Positions 1-13,268 of a stretch of 64,000 nt of DNA are shown piece after piece; the stretch's first letter is position 1, and every line of letters starts with the position of its first letter. Made by a program: the position numbers and the translations under genes. Location: NCBI GenBank assembly GCA_003427395.1, contig BFEA01000007.1, positions 5,988,117 to 6,052,116 on the forward strand, read 5' to 3'. This DNA is from Chara braunii. Taxonomy: Eukaryota > Plantae > Charophyceae. Below the pieces are notes generated by a model that ran no database searches, was not told the origin of the DNA, and saw only the letters and a list, made by a program, of their open reading frames with translations.

Positions 1-2242
1 CTATATAATTGAGTCATGAACCCGTCCTTGGCTTTCTTAACAGGGTTCCCTACTCTGTCAATAAGCTTCTTGTTTTCATCCAACATTACTGGCCCTTTCC
101 CCTCATCAATCTTAAACCCTGGGCAATCTTCCCTCAAATGCACCCCCTTCATACAGTACCAGCACAACTTATTTTCCTCTCCCCTTGTCATTTTGGCAGG
201 AAGGGGTGGAGATGTCATTCCCCTCTCACTCCCTACTTCCCCCACCTCAGGAAAAACTCTTTTTTTACTAATCCTTGATCCATATTCATTTTGAGAGGAT
301 TTTGCTACTACTCTAGATGTCATTGGCTCAATACGCTCGTTGGTAGGGGTTGAAGTGATGACAATGGGCTGATTGCCGTTTTCCTTTGCCTGCCTCAGCA
401 TTTCTCTTTCAGCCTCACGTGAACTCTGCCCTGGTGCTAGAAGTGTCCCTATAATACTCTTGATCTCAAACCCTAGCTCTCCTTTCCACTCAATGATCTT
501 AGTTGGCGCGTCTACTCCTCTTCCCTGACTGACCATTATGAGACTTTTCACCTTCTTCTCCATTTCCTTCCACCTCTCCTCTCATTTCCTACTCTCCTTC
601 TTCCTTCCTTTCTTCTCAGACTCCTTTCCCTCCAACTTGCCAACTTCCTTCTCCAACTTTTCTCGTTCAACTCTTTTTTTCTCTTCTTCATTGTCTTTGT
701 TGCTCAAGGCAACACTCAAAGATTCCACTTGCTGCTTCAGTGCCTTCTATTATTCCCTTACCTGGCTTACTTCAGCCTCCAAGCTTTCCACCTCCTTTCT
801 CATCTTTCCACCTGCACATCCCTGTTTTCGTCCCTCTTTCTCAATCTCCGGATTTCTTTTAGGATTTAAGGAATGTGATTTGCCACTCCCTGAGTAAGCA
901 ATTCGGTTTTCTCTTTTACCCTGTCCTGGAGTTCTCTTATTGAAACCCCCAACCTCTCTATCTCGTCATCCCTTCTCTGTCCTCCTTATGCTTTTTCCAA
1001 TTTCTCAGCCACATCTGACTCTTCCTCAAGGAGTCACTCACAGTCCTCCCGAAGCATCTCATGTAGCCTAATCAACCTGTCCATGTCTGAAGCTAACTTG
1101 GAGCTGATGATCATTTCAGACAATAAGATCCTTTCTAGCCTCATACTCCAAGGGGCATCTGCCAGCAACTCATTCTCTTTCATAGAGGCTACCATTTTGT
1201 TTCTCCACTCCTTATTCGCTTCCTCTCTTTTCTCTCTCTCTTCTCTTGTCATTCGTCTAGACCTTTGTTCCATAGAAGGGTTCTCTCATGCTTTCACCCC
1301 AGTTTCTCTTTCCTGTTGATCCATCCCTTTTCTCATTTCCTCTTTCTTATCCTCGTTCTTCTTCTCCTCGTTCTTCTTCTCCTCTTCCTTCTTTTCTTTG
1401 TCCTTCTTCCCCTCTTCCCTCTTCTCCTTGCCTTTCTTCTTCTCTTCCTTCTCCATCTTGCCTTTCTCATTTTCTTCCTTCATCTCCTCCACACACTTTT
1501 TTTTTCCTTGTACCCTGACAATTTTGCTTGATGTCTCGTTTCCTTCTTGGTGTGTTTTCCTTATCCTGACAAGTACTTGTCTGAGAGGCACATCATCTTC
1601 ATCAATCTTTTGTTGAACCCTCTTCTCATGCCTCTTTTCTTTCTTTCCTATCCACAATCCTTGCTTTTGAAGTAACTGTCTCTTCTTCTGCCTTTGAAAT
1701 GTCAGGGGATAGGTCTTTCTTAATGTGACAAAAAAACCTACCCAGGTACTTGATTCATCCTTGATCCTCTTTACACTTTCATATGCCCTGGGAACTGCCC
1801 TCGTCAATACCTGCTCCATCTTTTTCTCCTCCATCCATCCTCTCCTCTCAACGCAAAGGTCGATGTTATCCTCAAAGTTCCGTACATTGGTATCGTCGAA
1901 GATGATGTCGTCTTCGATCTCATCTCTCCTTAGGTCTCCATATTTGACCTACATTTCTGTCTTAAAGGTCAACTATCCCGAACAGTTTGTGGCAATATCA
2001 TCGATCGTCTTCTTCGTCTTCTTACATTCCCCAACTCCTGCTACCTTGAGTAACACGGTCGAAGTGTCCCACTCTCTCCTGAAAGCATACTTCTCAATCT
2101 CCCTCAGAATCAATCTCAAATTGTCCCCTTTTCTATAAATCGGCATTCTATCGGAATCCCTTGTCACCCGTCAAAACCTTTGTCGTTCTCCTCTGCTTGA
2201 AGTTAGTCTGGAAGACCTCGCCATCCCTCCCTTCTGTGACAT
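1..2242 (-). pseudogene. Extra gag-like ORF downstream of integrase (two capsid-like repeats, K/E coiled coil, C-terminal zinc knuckle)
   Basis: ATG at 2242 follows a pyrimidine-rich TGCAG acceptor at 2268. Fragments 1973-2167, 1286-1834 and 1034-1273. Manual translation near 120-165 gives CWYCMKGVHLREDC (CX2CX4HX4C). Confidence 0.65.
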
Positions 2243-2389
2243 TGTTGTTCCTCTTGCAGGATTATGGCTGCACATAAAAAAGGAAGAGGAGGTGGTAACA
2301 ATATCAGATTCGCAATGATGCCTGCACAATGTATTCTAAAGAGATGAAAAATTGTTTTTTCTTAACCTCGTGTTTTTCACCGACTCACC

Positions 2390-3543
2390 TCAAGTCTCAA
2401 TCTAAATATCTTCAGCCGTGATCCGGAAATCTAGTCCCGTCTTGGTGTTCCATCCATTTCTTCCAACTCATAGGCCCCATGATTTCCTCGACGCCTGATT
2501 CTGTAGGGCCCTAGTCATCTCTTGTCCAGCTTTCTTGACCACTGTTTTTCCAAGGATGAATCGTACAGCAGCACCACATCTCCAACTTGTAATAATTCGG
2601 TTCGTACTCAAGGAAGTTTGTCTCATCTCTCTTTATCTTTCCCACGACTGTCGGCCACTTTTTCAACTGCTTCCTGGATCTTTTCCTCCATGATACTGAC
2701 ATGCCTTGCCCGAATATCAATCAATTCCTCAAATGACAATTTGTTCTCTAGATTTTGTCTTCGCCAGATCTTCAAGAAGTTTTCTATTGGGAAGGTAGCA
2801 TACCTCCCATACCATAACGTCGCGGGAGCATAGCCAGTGGTTATTCTGACCGTGATGTTTTTAATGAAAAACACAGTTCGTAAGAATTTAGACCAAAAAT
2901 TCAGTTTACCAGCAGTCCACTTTGCCAGTAGGTTTGTGATGGTACTGTGTCCTCTCTCCACCGGTGCATTTGCCTGAGGATGTGCCCTGGTCGTATAGTT
3001 AGCGATCACTCCGAGGTCATCCAATAATTCCTTCACTTCCCCACAAGTGAATTTCGACCCTCCTTCCATTATAAACTCTATCACAAAGGGATATCGGAGG
3101 TAATAATCTTTGATGCAATCGACCAAGACAACTTCTGTGTTGGTCCCGATGGCTTTACCAACCACAGATCCTGAAAGATAATCCCTGGCATCAAAGATGT
3201 AATTATATCCTCCAAGTCCTAGCGACATTGTCAGTAGATCCAAATGGACCACCGGCCCCACATCCTTGATATACCTTGGGTGTAAAGACTCCTTGTACCT
3301 AATCGGAGATCTGACCTGGCAAGGTACGTACGACTCACAATACCTTTGGATCATCAGGTACATACTCTCCCAGAAGTACAACTCGGATGCTTTTTGAGAG
3401 TAGGGACAAAACTCCTATGGCCACCTGCCGGTCCATCATGGAGGGCTGCTATGATGTCAATCTGATGATTTCTGCCACAAATGACCCTCCTAAGCGGTCC
3501 TCTTTTGTCTCTGATGAAGAGATGACCACCCCTTACTATATAG
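2390..3543 (-). pseudogene. Integrase of element A (zinc-binding region, rve core, GPY motif)
   Basis: ORF 2623-3381 has VHLDLL and HPQANAPVERGH motifs; LHDGPAGGH lies upstream and GPYRI near 2500. No chromodomain seen. Confidence 0.92.
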
Positions 3544-5065
3544 CTATGAATCCCCCTCGGCGGCGGACAGGCGCGGCCAAGTCCGCGGCCGCGCGCGCGG
3601 ACACGTGGCGGCCTGCGGGGAAGGGGGTTTGGGGAACGGGAAGCGCCACGTGGCGGCGCAACCCCAGCCCCACCCCATCAGGCAAAAAAAAACGAAAAAA
3701 ATCTAATTTTTTGTTAGGGGGGTGAGGGCGAAATCGAAGAAAATAGGAAAAAAAAACGCGTTTTTTTTTTTTTTTNNNNNNNNNNNNNNNNNNNNNNNNN
3801 NNNNNNNNNNNNNNNNNNNNNNNNNNNNNNNNNNNNNNNNNNNNNNNNNNNNNNNNNNNNNNNNNNNNNNNNNNNNNNNNNNNNNNNNNNNNNNNNNNNN
3901 NNNNNNNNNNNNNNNNNNNNNNNNNNNNNNNNNNNNNNNNNNNNNNNNNNNNNNNNNNNNNNNNNNNNNNNNNNNNNNNNNNNNNNNNNNNNNNNNNNNN
4001 NNNNNNNNNNNNNNNNNNNNNNNNNNNNNNNNNNNNNNNNNNNNNNNNNNNNNNNNNNNNNNNNNNNNNNNNNNNNNNNNNNNNNNNNNNNNNNNNNNNN
4101 NNNNNNNNNNNNNNNNNNNNNNNNNNNNNNNNNNNNNNNNNNNNNNNNNNNNNNNNNNNNNNNNNNNNNNNNNNNNNNNNNNNNNNNNNNNNNNNNNNNN
4201 NNNNNNNNNNNNNNNNNNNNNNNNNNNNNNNNNNNNNNNNNNNNNNNNNNNNNNNNNNNNNNNNNNNNNNNNNNNNNNNNNNNNNNNNNNNNNNNNNNNN
4301 NNNNNNNNNNNNNNNNNNNNNNNNNNNNNNNNNNNNNNNNNNNNNNNNNNNNNNNNNNNNNNNNNNNNNNNNNNNNNNNNNNNNNNNNNNNNNNNNNNNN
4401 NNNNNNNNNNNNNNNNNNNNNNNNNNNNNNNNNNNNNNNNNNNNNNNNNNNNNNNNNNNNNNNNNNNNNNNNNNNNNNNNNNNNNNNNNNNNNNNNNNNN
4501 NNNNNNNNNNNNNNNNNNNNNNNNNNNNNNNNNNNNNNNNNNNNNNNNNNNNNNNNNNNNNNNNNNNNNNNNNNNNNNNNNNNNNNNNNNNNNNNNNNNN
4601 NNNNNNNNNNNNNNNNNNNNNNNNNNNNNNNNNNNNNNNNNNNNNTTTTTTTTTTCATCTGCATTTTTTGAAAACACCTCACACTTCTGCAAAAAACATG
4701 AATTCATTTATAAAAAAATACAAGTAAACTCACGAACCATATATCCCATGATAAAAAATGACCAAAAAAAATTCCTGTTTTTCTTTATATATATATATTT
4801 TTTAATTTTCTTTAAATCCAATTTCGTTTTTGATTTTTCAAAAATCCTAAATAAGTCGGATTCAAAAAAACAAAAAAAGGGGTTGTAGGGCTCAAAATTC
4901 CCTACTACCCCATATATATATATATATTTTTCACCTATTATTTAATTCAGGAAAATTTGTGTAAAATCGGGTCCGCTCTGCGGACCAGGTAGGCCGCGGA
5001 TGCGGACCCATTTGGGTCCGCGATCCAAGCTCGACCCCGCGGACGCGTCCGCGGGTGTTTCATAG
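3544..5065. mobile_element. Non-autonomous TIR DNA transposon (MITE-like) with 8-bp TSD
   Basis: TSD CTATATAG at 3536-3543 and 5066-5073. Imperfect ~22-bp TIR (CTATGAAtccccctcgg / CTATGAAacacccgcgg). Removing it restores the pol frame RDHYIVRGGHLF. Contains N gap 3776-4645. Confidence 0.85.
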
Positions 5066-5073
5066 CTATATAG

Positions 5074-6140
5074 TGATCTCTAATGCGGAGGGTTTTTTCA
5101 CTAACATCCCTTTCACGCTTGTCGCCGGAGAGAAGAAGTCTCATTTAAATGTAGAATCCATCATATTCCTCTTCCCGGAAATCCTCTGAGATCTCGCCCT
5201 GCTCAAACTCCTCTCCTTCCTTCTCTTCATCAAACTCAAGGTCATCTCCCAACACTATCTCATCCGCTTTCACTATTTCCCCTTCGTTTTTCATCTGGAC
5301 TTGCAGGAGAGCGTTGACAAGGTAATGTACTCTCCCCATCGTCAATAAGTGTCGATCCACTTGCCTTGTTCCTGCCTCAATTGTGACTGGGTCATCTGTC
5401 AACCTATAGCTTTCAGCTAAAGCTAGCTCCGCCATCCATTCCCCATTCCTTTCTCCCCATGGGTCTTCTTCGACGAAAGGTTTCAGTACTAAACCTTCAA
5501 CCCTTACAAAAGTAGCCGGCGCAAACCACATGGGTTTTCCATTTCGTACCTTCTAATCATCGACGTGCTGAGTCCACGCATTGACATGGAGTCGCATGTC
5601 GTCCTCGTTCAGGAACCCGTCTACCGGCGGCGTCTCTTCCTTAGCCTCTCCTGTTTTTTCCCACTCTATCCTGCTTAATCCATCTGCCTTATTCTTATTC
5701 CCAGGAATACGCTCCAACTGAAAGTCGAACATCCAGATGTAGGTGAGTCATCTGGTAACTGTAGGATCAGGTGGGGAGAAGTTCCTAAGGGAATACATGA
5801 GGGCGGTCGGATCTATCCTTAGAATGAATCTCCTCCCTAAGAGATAATGTTTAAAGATCCGTAGGCAGTGTAATACTGTCAAAGCCTCCTTCTTGAATTG
5901 GGAGTAATTCCTTTCAGTCGAATTGAGGGTTCGACTCTCAAAATGCAACGGTCTTTCCTTTCCTTCATGATCAGCTTGTATCAAAACTTCTCCCAAGGTA
6001 GTGGGTCCGACATTAGTTTCTATAATGAAGGGACACTCTATGATTCCTTCGTAGTCCGGAACCCCCAGTACCGGACCTCCTTCTTCGAATTCCTTTTTCA
6101 AGTCCCTTACCACCTGCTCCTGCTTCTCTCTCACTCCCAT
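5074..6140 (-). pseudogene. RNase H and acidic RH-INT linker of element A
   Basis: ORF 5748-6140 has PFIIETN...ERPLHFESRTLNSTERNYSQFKKEAL; ORF 5145-5531 is an acidic linker. Confidence 0.9.
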
Positions 6141-6199
6141 TCCTGATTCTTCCTTACCTGCTTCCTCACGTGCTCAGTCTTAGCGGCAAACCTCTTGAT

Positions 6200-7246
6200 G
6201 AATATTCTCCAGAACCCGCATGTCCCAAGAAAACATCTCACTTCATTTATATTCCTGAATGGTGTCGGTCATTCAAGAATTTTATTCGTTTTCTTTGGGT
6301 CAGGACGACGAACCTGCTCATTACACACGAATCCTAGAATGGTTGCTTCTCTCATGCAGTGCCTGAATTTCGCGCCACTCGCAGTAAAGTTGTGTTATTG
6401 CAAGAGATCAAGCACCTTCTGGAGATCATTAACATGGTCCCAAACGAATTTTCTAATGCCAAGTGCAATCTCTTGCTTATCTTTCACCATCGGTCCCTTT
6501 ACTGGAAGATCATCGATATAGGGCTCAGTGATCTGTGGACTGATCGGCTGCATTACCCTGACCATACTCCTTTGCACCAAAGCTACTGCATTTGTCCATC
6601 CTTGGGATGCTACGTTCATGTGGATTAACCCCCTAGGAGTATACATCGCAGTTATCAGCCTATCGGTCAAATAGACCGGAAACTTGTCGTAGCCAGAGTA
6701 GAGGTCTATGAGTGAGATGATAGATTTCCCTGCACATGCCTCAGAAAGCTGATCGGCGTTAGGGAGTGCTCCTGCGTCCCTAACTATCACAGCATTCAAT
6801 CTCTGCAAATCATGCACTCATCTGAGTACCCCGTTTGGTTTGATACAGCAAAACCATGGCGAAGCATATGGTCCACTAGAGAATCCTGCTACGTGCGAGG
6901 CAATCTTTCCATCGAGGTATTCAACCACCCTTTTCTGATCATCCGGATTCGGGTACCTGACTCCTCTAATATTCCAAGGCTGGTGCGGGACTGTATGGAT
7001 CCGGATCATTCCTACCTTGTCCACATTTAACCTCCCTCTCTGATCATTATTAAAGGCATAGGCGCAATGTTTCTCCTTCATCAAGTTTATCACCAATGCC
7101 CTTTCCTGCTTAGTTAGAAACCCGGGTTCCCCAATGATCAGGTCATTTTCCGTCCCCTCGTTGATACGGTAGGCTTCTTCCTCCCACTTCTTTTTCATTT
7201 GTTTTATCAGTTCTCGTTCATAGTATATCCCTTTCTCGTGTATCAC
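6200..7246 (-). pseudogene. Reverse transcriptase of element A
   Basis: YASPWFCCIKPNGVLR, DLQRLN, IDLYSGY and YIDD motifs in ORFs 6818-7246 and 6395-6817. Confidence 0.95.
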
Positions 7247-7495
7247 TACGACCGAAACTGGATGACTTTTTTTTATCTACTGTCTTGTACCTCCTTTTTT
7301 CTCCTTGCTTGAGCCCACTCCTAAAAAATGTTGGCTGCTTGCACGAGCATATGGTTCCTCCATTCTCGTTTCTAGAGGGGGCGGTCTTTACAACAAATTA
7401 ATTCTCCCTCCTTCAGGATATTCATGCAGCCTATCAACCAATGTCTGGATCGTCTCTGGTTCTACCATCTCATAAGCAGAAACCATGTACATGGT

Positions 7496-8100
7496 CTAGT
7501 CTATGTTGGTCAAACTCAAAGCTAGTCCTCCTTCCTCCTCGTCTTCGTCGCCCTCATTGGACCCCCATTCTAGCTCTCTTCTCCTGTCCTCCGATTCTTC
7601 AAATGTGTACGATCCCACGTTAAGGCGATTCTTCAAACTATGGGGGTCTGTATTCTTACACGTGATTACTTCGAAATTTTCAGATGCCGAATCGCAGAAG
7701 ATTACGAACATGGTCCCATCATGCTTATTCATGATGAGAGCCTCAGATCTGGACAAGAAAGATCTTTCCAACAATATGGGTAGGTCGAGGCTGGGCATGA
7801 TGTAGAAGAAGGTATGAAGTTATGAACCTTAACTCGCCCTATTTCCACGATCACATATGAAGCGATTCCTGTATATCCTGACTTTCCACTGACCCCATTG
7901 AGGTATCCATATTCACTTCTATCAATTTTTATTCCTAACTTATCGGTTGTCTCCAAGTTCATAATGTTCATCTCTGCTCCAGTATCCACCATTCCAGGGT
8001 ATCCCTTTCCTCTAATACTTACTTTAACGGACCCAGTTCCAACCTACTTCCAATCCATCTTACTCCCTGCGATTGTCCAATTTGCTTCCTTATGAATCAA
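7496..8100 (-). pseudogene. Aspartic protease of element A
   Basis: MVDTGAEMNIM catalytic motif (7729-7992) and ILLERSFL flap-end motif in the adjacent frame. Confidence 0.88.
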
Positions 8101-8258
8101 ATCTCTCTTTTTCGTGCTAGCTTGACTTAAACCAATTCCCGAAGCTGGGGAGCTCTTGCCAAAATCTCTTTCAAATTTAACAACTCGTTGTGCCCATCAA
8201 GTAATTTATTTACCAAATTTTCCACGTCCACTCCTTCCTCAATCGACGTTTGATATTT

Positions 8259-10540
8259 CTATTTCTTCTTCGATTTTTCCCCAACCTTTTCTTTCTCTTC
8301 CTTAATTCCTTGCTTGCGCTTCTCGGCTCTTTGTTCTGCACGCTTATCCTCCTCTTCTCTTCGTTGTTCATCCTGATCCTCCTCATCCTCGCTTATGTCG
8401 ATAGAGGACTCGTCGGGAGGCGTCTGTGGAGCTTGCTCCGGATCCTTAGCCACGTTGCCACCTTTAGTCCGGCGAGCAGTATATGGCACAAAATTCCTAA
8501 GAGCTTGGTAAGCCGCCTCGGGTCCTGCAGCCAGGCTTGCCCTTAGGGCCCTCGGATTAGGTTCTCGGGGCCTATCTTCCCTACTTCCCTGACTCATAGT
8601 AAACACATGCGGGACTCTTAATTCCATATCCTTGATTTCTTCACATATATCCATCATCCTGGTGTTCAACCTCCCCATCTTATCTACTAGGTCTTTCATT
8701 CTTCTTATTGTCTCCTTTGCTGACTTTCTACTCACCCCTTCTTCTCATGGTTCGAGCTCAACCAACGGAGCATCCTCCTCCTCCATGCCTGTCCTTAGCC
8801 ATTTCCTCAGCTGCTCATAAAGCTCGGTCACATCATCTACTTTGATTGTTGGATCTTCCATTTCTTGCAATATCCGGAACATGGCGGGGGCGTTGGGTCC
8901 TAGCCCTGCAACCCTGAGCGCCTCCTTCCTTGTGCCTCCGGGGATGTTTGGGTCAATAAGGGTTTCTTGCTTATCGAATACATCCCCATCTATGCTCGAC
9001 GTAATTATCCCATCCTGCTCGTCCATCTTCCTGACATGACATCTCTTCACAGTATGCCCCTTGATCTGGCAGTGGATACAGATGCATTCACTGTAATTTA
9101 TTCATCCTCGTCCGTATTCCTGACCATTCCACTGTCCATCACTTCTATCAAACCCTCGACCATAGTTTTGGTTATAGCTTTGACCATAACCCTGGCCATA
9201 TCCTTGGTTATATCCTTGATCGACTTGATTAAAGCATACCTGATTATAGTTTCCTGACTGAGGGTCTCCCTGATTGCCCCAATTCCCTCCTTGTCCGCCA
9301 TTTCCTCTTCCTCCTTGACCATTTCCTCGTCCTCCGCTTCTACCTCTACTTTGCCCTTGTCCGTGCCTCTGTCCCTGAAATTGGTTCTGATTTTTTGATT
9401 ACTGTGCGATGGCTAAACTTGTGGTGGCAGACTTCCATTCATTCCTCGTTTTTGTATTTGTCCAACTCCTCCTCCTGCTCCTTGTATCTGGGGCAGAATT
9501 GGATACAAGCTTATTTGACCAAAACCTGGTCATTGATTCCCTGGGTAAAATCCAGGCCATGCTCCCATAGGGGCTACAACCGGCTATGGGGCGAGTTCGA
9601 TTGTTGGGGCCGACGTTTTCGAAACATAGGGCACCACCACCTGTCGAGAACCCTGCCCTTTTACAACTTCTTGTTTCCCTGTCATTTGATTTTTTGTTTT
9701 CTTTTGGGTCACTTTTGCGTTGACTATTTGTTCAGGCTCTACCTCTTCTACTTCCTTGTTTCCTTCATTTATCTCCTCGTATCTCCTTTTGTTTGCTACT
9801 TGTCCAACTGCCATCACCTTCCTTAGTGCTATCTATTCCTTCATTTGCTGGAGTTGAGTCACTACAGTGCTCAAAAACCCTCCTAAAGCTAAATATGCTC
9901 CCTAAATAACACTCGCTTCCTTCCTCTTTTTCCTCTTCATTTTTACCTCATGGTGGAATACCACCTGATCTAGGTCTCCGGACGCCAAGTTTCTTTTTAT
10001 CATCTCCCATGATGCCTTTCTACCCGGCGCACCTCCACGTGTTAGTTTCATCGCCTCATATCCTAATAACTCCCCTAAGAAGATGACACACTGCATTTCC
10101 TCATAAAACCCTAGGACTCTCTCTGCCATTTTTTCAAACACCGTCGTGAATGTCCCTATCGTAGTAAAATCATTTGTATTCAAGTTATGGAGTTGGTCGA
10201 CCGTTAGCAACCCATCTCCCAATTTATACTTTCGTTGCATCTCTTTCTTGAATTCGGTCCAGTCCCCTTGGACATCTTTCACAATCTTTTCGATTTCCGG
10301 GCGGAACTCCCACCATACATATTCAAACAGCGGAGCAAATTTCTCAACTTAAGTTAGCTGATTGAAGATTTGCTCCAGTAACTCTAGCCAGTGGGACACC
10401 CCTTCTCCTTTGAAAGGGAATATCTCTATCATTGGCTGTTGCGATCTTTTGATTGCTCTACTTTTCAGTATCCGCACAATTTTTGCGGCCGTAATGGATC
10501 CTTGTCCATCGTTTCCATTGGCGTCTCCCATCTTTCCCAC
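8259..10540 (-). pseudogene. Gag of element A
   Basis: Fragments FKGEGVSHWLE and DWTEFKKEMQRKY; CIHCQIKGHTVKRC zinc knuckle near 9040-9090. Confidence 0.85.
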
Positions 10541-10950
10541 ACTCCTTAGTCAATCTGTGATGCACACAAAAAACAACGGGTTTTTATGTTATTTTCAGCC
10601 CTCTTATTTTTCTTTTTAGTTTTCTACCTTGGGTGTTTTTCCCATCCCAAGAAACCATCTAAGACCTATCCAGCCCACAGTCTTAACTATTTTACATGTC
10701 CTCCTCTTTACTCATATCTCATCCTCCTTTTTCCTTGACATTAACTGGTATTCACTAGTTTCCCCATTTCGCATGCCCCAGTCACTACCCCTATCGTGCC
10801 TAAATGAGCGGGCTGATTTTTATTTTTTTTCTGACATACGCAAAAAAACGGGATTGACTCTAACCTTTTACTTCTAGTCCCAGTACCAACCTACCCTTCC
10901 AATCTCTTCTGCAGACATTCAGTCCCCTATCCAGGAGTCATACACCATAC

Positions 10951-11168
10951 AACTACCATTTCGTCAAAATTGATATCTTTTAATTTTTGAACGAAATTGA
11001 CACCGAGTTTTTTTGCCGAAAACTCGAAATTTGTTGTTCCTGAGGGTTCGGCGTTTGTAAAACGCTGGACCCTCAGGAACAACAAATTTTGACGAGTTTT
11101 CGACCAAAAAACTCAGTTTCAATTTCGTTCAAAAAATAAGCAATGTCCATTTTGACGAAATCGTTGTT
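10951..11168. mobile_element. ~218-bp near-perfect palindromic MITE/hairpin
   Basis: Arms are reverse complements (e.g. aaatttgttgttcctgagggt / accctcaggaacaacaaattt; atttcgtcaaaat / attttgacgaaat). ATAC flanks both sides. Confidence 0.75.
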
Positions 11169-11559
11169 ATACCAAACATTATAAGGATACTCTAAATAAA
11201 TACATTGTTTTTCATTCCGGTCTTAATTTTATCCCAGAAGGTCTGCCTTGGCTTCATATGGTGGACACGGTGTCACACTTTTTCCAGTCGGGCCACTTCG
11301 GGCGACTGGAAAGCCAACAGACTGTCACGCAGGATTTTCACTCGTGGTTAATGGACCCCGGAAAATTCGACGAATGGAGCACCGAAGCTTATTAGCGAAA
11401 GGTTACCGAATTCGGTAAAATAAATTGGCGAAAAATGTATCAAGGTATGCCAAAGAAAAATATAGTTTTATATCTTCGGTCTTTGTAAACACCGAAGTGC
11501 GGTTGTGGTGTTATAGTAAGCCAATTGGAACGTTATATTCCATGATGTGTTTTCCAAGT

Positions 11560-13268
11560 TAGATCCCGATACGCTTTCTGTGTTTCGGTACCGAAAACAC
11601 ACTTCATGATTTCGGTGTTTTTCTTTGTTTATTTTCTACATATAAGCCATCATATCCCGATGCGCTTTCGGTGTTTCAGTACCGAAAATGCACTTCGGGA
11701 TTTCAGTGTTTTACTTGGTTTATTTTCTACTTATGCAACATTATATCCCGATGCGCTTTTGGGCGTTTCGGTACCGAAAACGCACTTCCGAATTTCGGTG
11801 TTTTACTTAGTTTATTTCCTACATATGGAACATTATATCTCCATGCACTTTCGATGTTTCGGTACCGAAAACGCACTTCGGGATTTCGGTGTTTTACTTA
11901 GTTTATTTTCTACATATGGAACATTGTATCCCGATGCGCTTTCAGTGTTTCGTTACCGAAAACGCACTTCGGGATTTCGGTGCTTTACGTAGTTGATTTT
12001 CTACAAATGGAACATTATATCCCGATGTGCTTTCGGTGTTTCAGTACTGAAAACGTACTTCGGGATTTCCGTGGTTCACTTAGTTTATTTTCTACGTAGG
12101 AAACATTATATCCCGATGCGTTTTCGGTGTTTCAGTACCGAAAACGTACTTCGGGATTTCGGTGGTTCACTTAGTTGATTTTCTACGTAGGGAACATTAT
12201 ATCCCGATGCGCTTTCGGTGTTTCGATATCGAAAACGCACTTCGGGATTTCGGTGCTTTAATTAGTTTATTTTCTAAATATGGAACATTATATCCCGATG
12301 TGCTCTCGGTGTTTCGGTAGCGAAAACGAACTTCGGGATTTCGATGTTTTGCTTACTTTGTTTTCTACATATGGAACATTATATCCCGATGCACTTTCGG
12401 GTTTTCGGTACCGAGAACGCACTTCGATATTTGGGTGTTTTAGTTAGTTTATTTTCTACATACGCAACATTACATCCCGATGCGCTTTCGGTGTTTCCGT
12501 ACCGGAAACGCACTTCGGGATTTCGGTGTTTTACTTAGTTTATTTTCTACATATGGAACATTATATCCCGATGCGCTTTTCGGCGTTTCGGTACCAAAAA
12601 TGCACTTCGGGATTTCGGTGCTTTACTTAGTTGATTTTCTACATATGGAATATTATATCCCGATGTGTTTTCGGTGTTTCGGTACCGAAAACTCGCTTCA
12701 AGATTTCAGTGTTTTACTTAGTTTATTTTCTATGTATGAAACATTATATCCCAATGCTCTTTCGGTGTTTCGGTACCGAAAACGCACTTCGGAATTTTAG
12801 TGTTCTACTTAGTTTATTTTCTAAATATGGAACATTGTATCCCGATGCGCTTTCGGTGTTTCCGTACCGAAAACGCACTTCGGGATTTCGGTGTTTTACT
12901 TACCTTATTTTCTACATATGGAACATTATATCCCAATGCGCTTTCGGTGTTTCGGTACCGAAAATGCACTTCGGGATTTCAGTGTTTCACTTAGTTGATT
13001 TTCTACGTATGGAACACTATATCCTGATGAGCTTTCAGTGTTTTGGTACCGAAAACGCACTTCGGGATTTCGGTGTTTTACTTAGTTTATTTTCTACATA
13101 TAGAACATTATATCCCGATGCGCTTTCGGTGTTTCAGTACCGAAAACGCACTTCGGGATTTTGGTGTTTTACTTAGTTTATTTTCTACATATGGAACATT
13201 ATATCTAGATGCGCTTTTCGGCGTTTCGGTACCAAAAACGCACTTCGGGATTTCGGTGTTTTACTTAG
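11560..13268 (+). repeat. Tandem array of a 91-bp unit (~18 copies)
   Basis: Unit ggtaccgaaaacgcacttcgggatttcggtgttttacttagtttattttctacatatggaacattatatcccgatgcgctttcggtgtttc; units typically contain the palindrome TTTCGGTACCGAAA. Confidence 0.97.

Larger units (their letters stand above)
1..11270 (-). mobile_element. Decayed Ty3/Gypsy LTR retrotransposon A, internal region (gag-PR-RT-RH-INT plus extra 3' ORF); its own LTRs not identified
   Basis: Minus-strand ORF fragments in Gypsy order: gag with CCHC knuckle, VDTGAE protease, YIDD RT, RNase H, integrase. Many stops and frameshifts. Confidence 0.93.

Noticed and set aside
538-1616. Hydrophobic F/L/S-rich plus-strand ORFs suggesting membrane proteins
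   Set aside because: Antisense shadows of the K/E-rich minus-strand coding sequence.
3703-4888. Long ORFs spanning the N run (also 36716-38776)
   Set aside because: Open only because of assembly gaps 3776-4645 and 37279-38046.
3534-5075. CACTA/EnSpm element (TACTA...TAGTG ends)
   Set aside because: No 3-bp TSD; pol frame restoration shows CTATATAG is an 8-bp target duplication.
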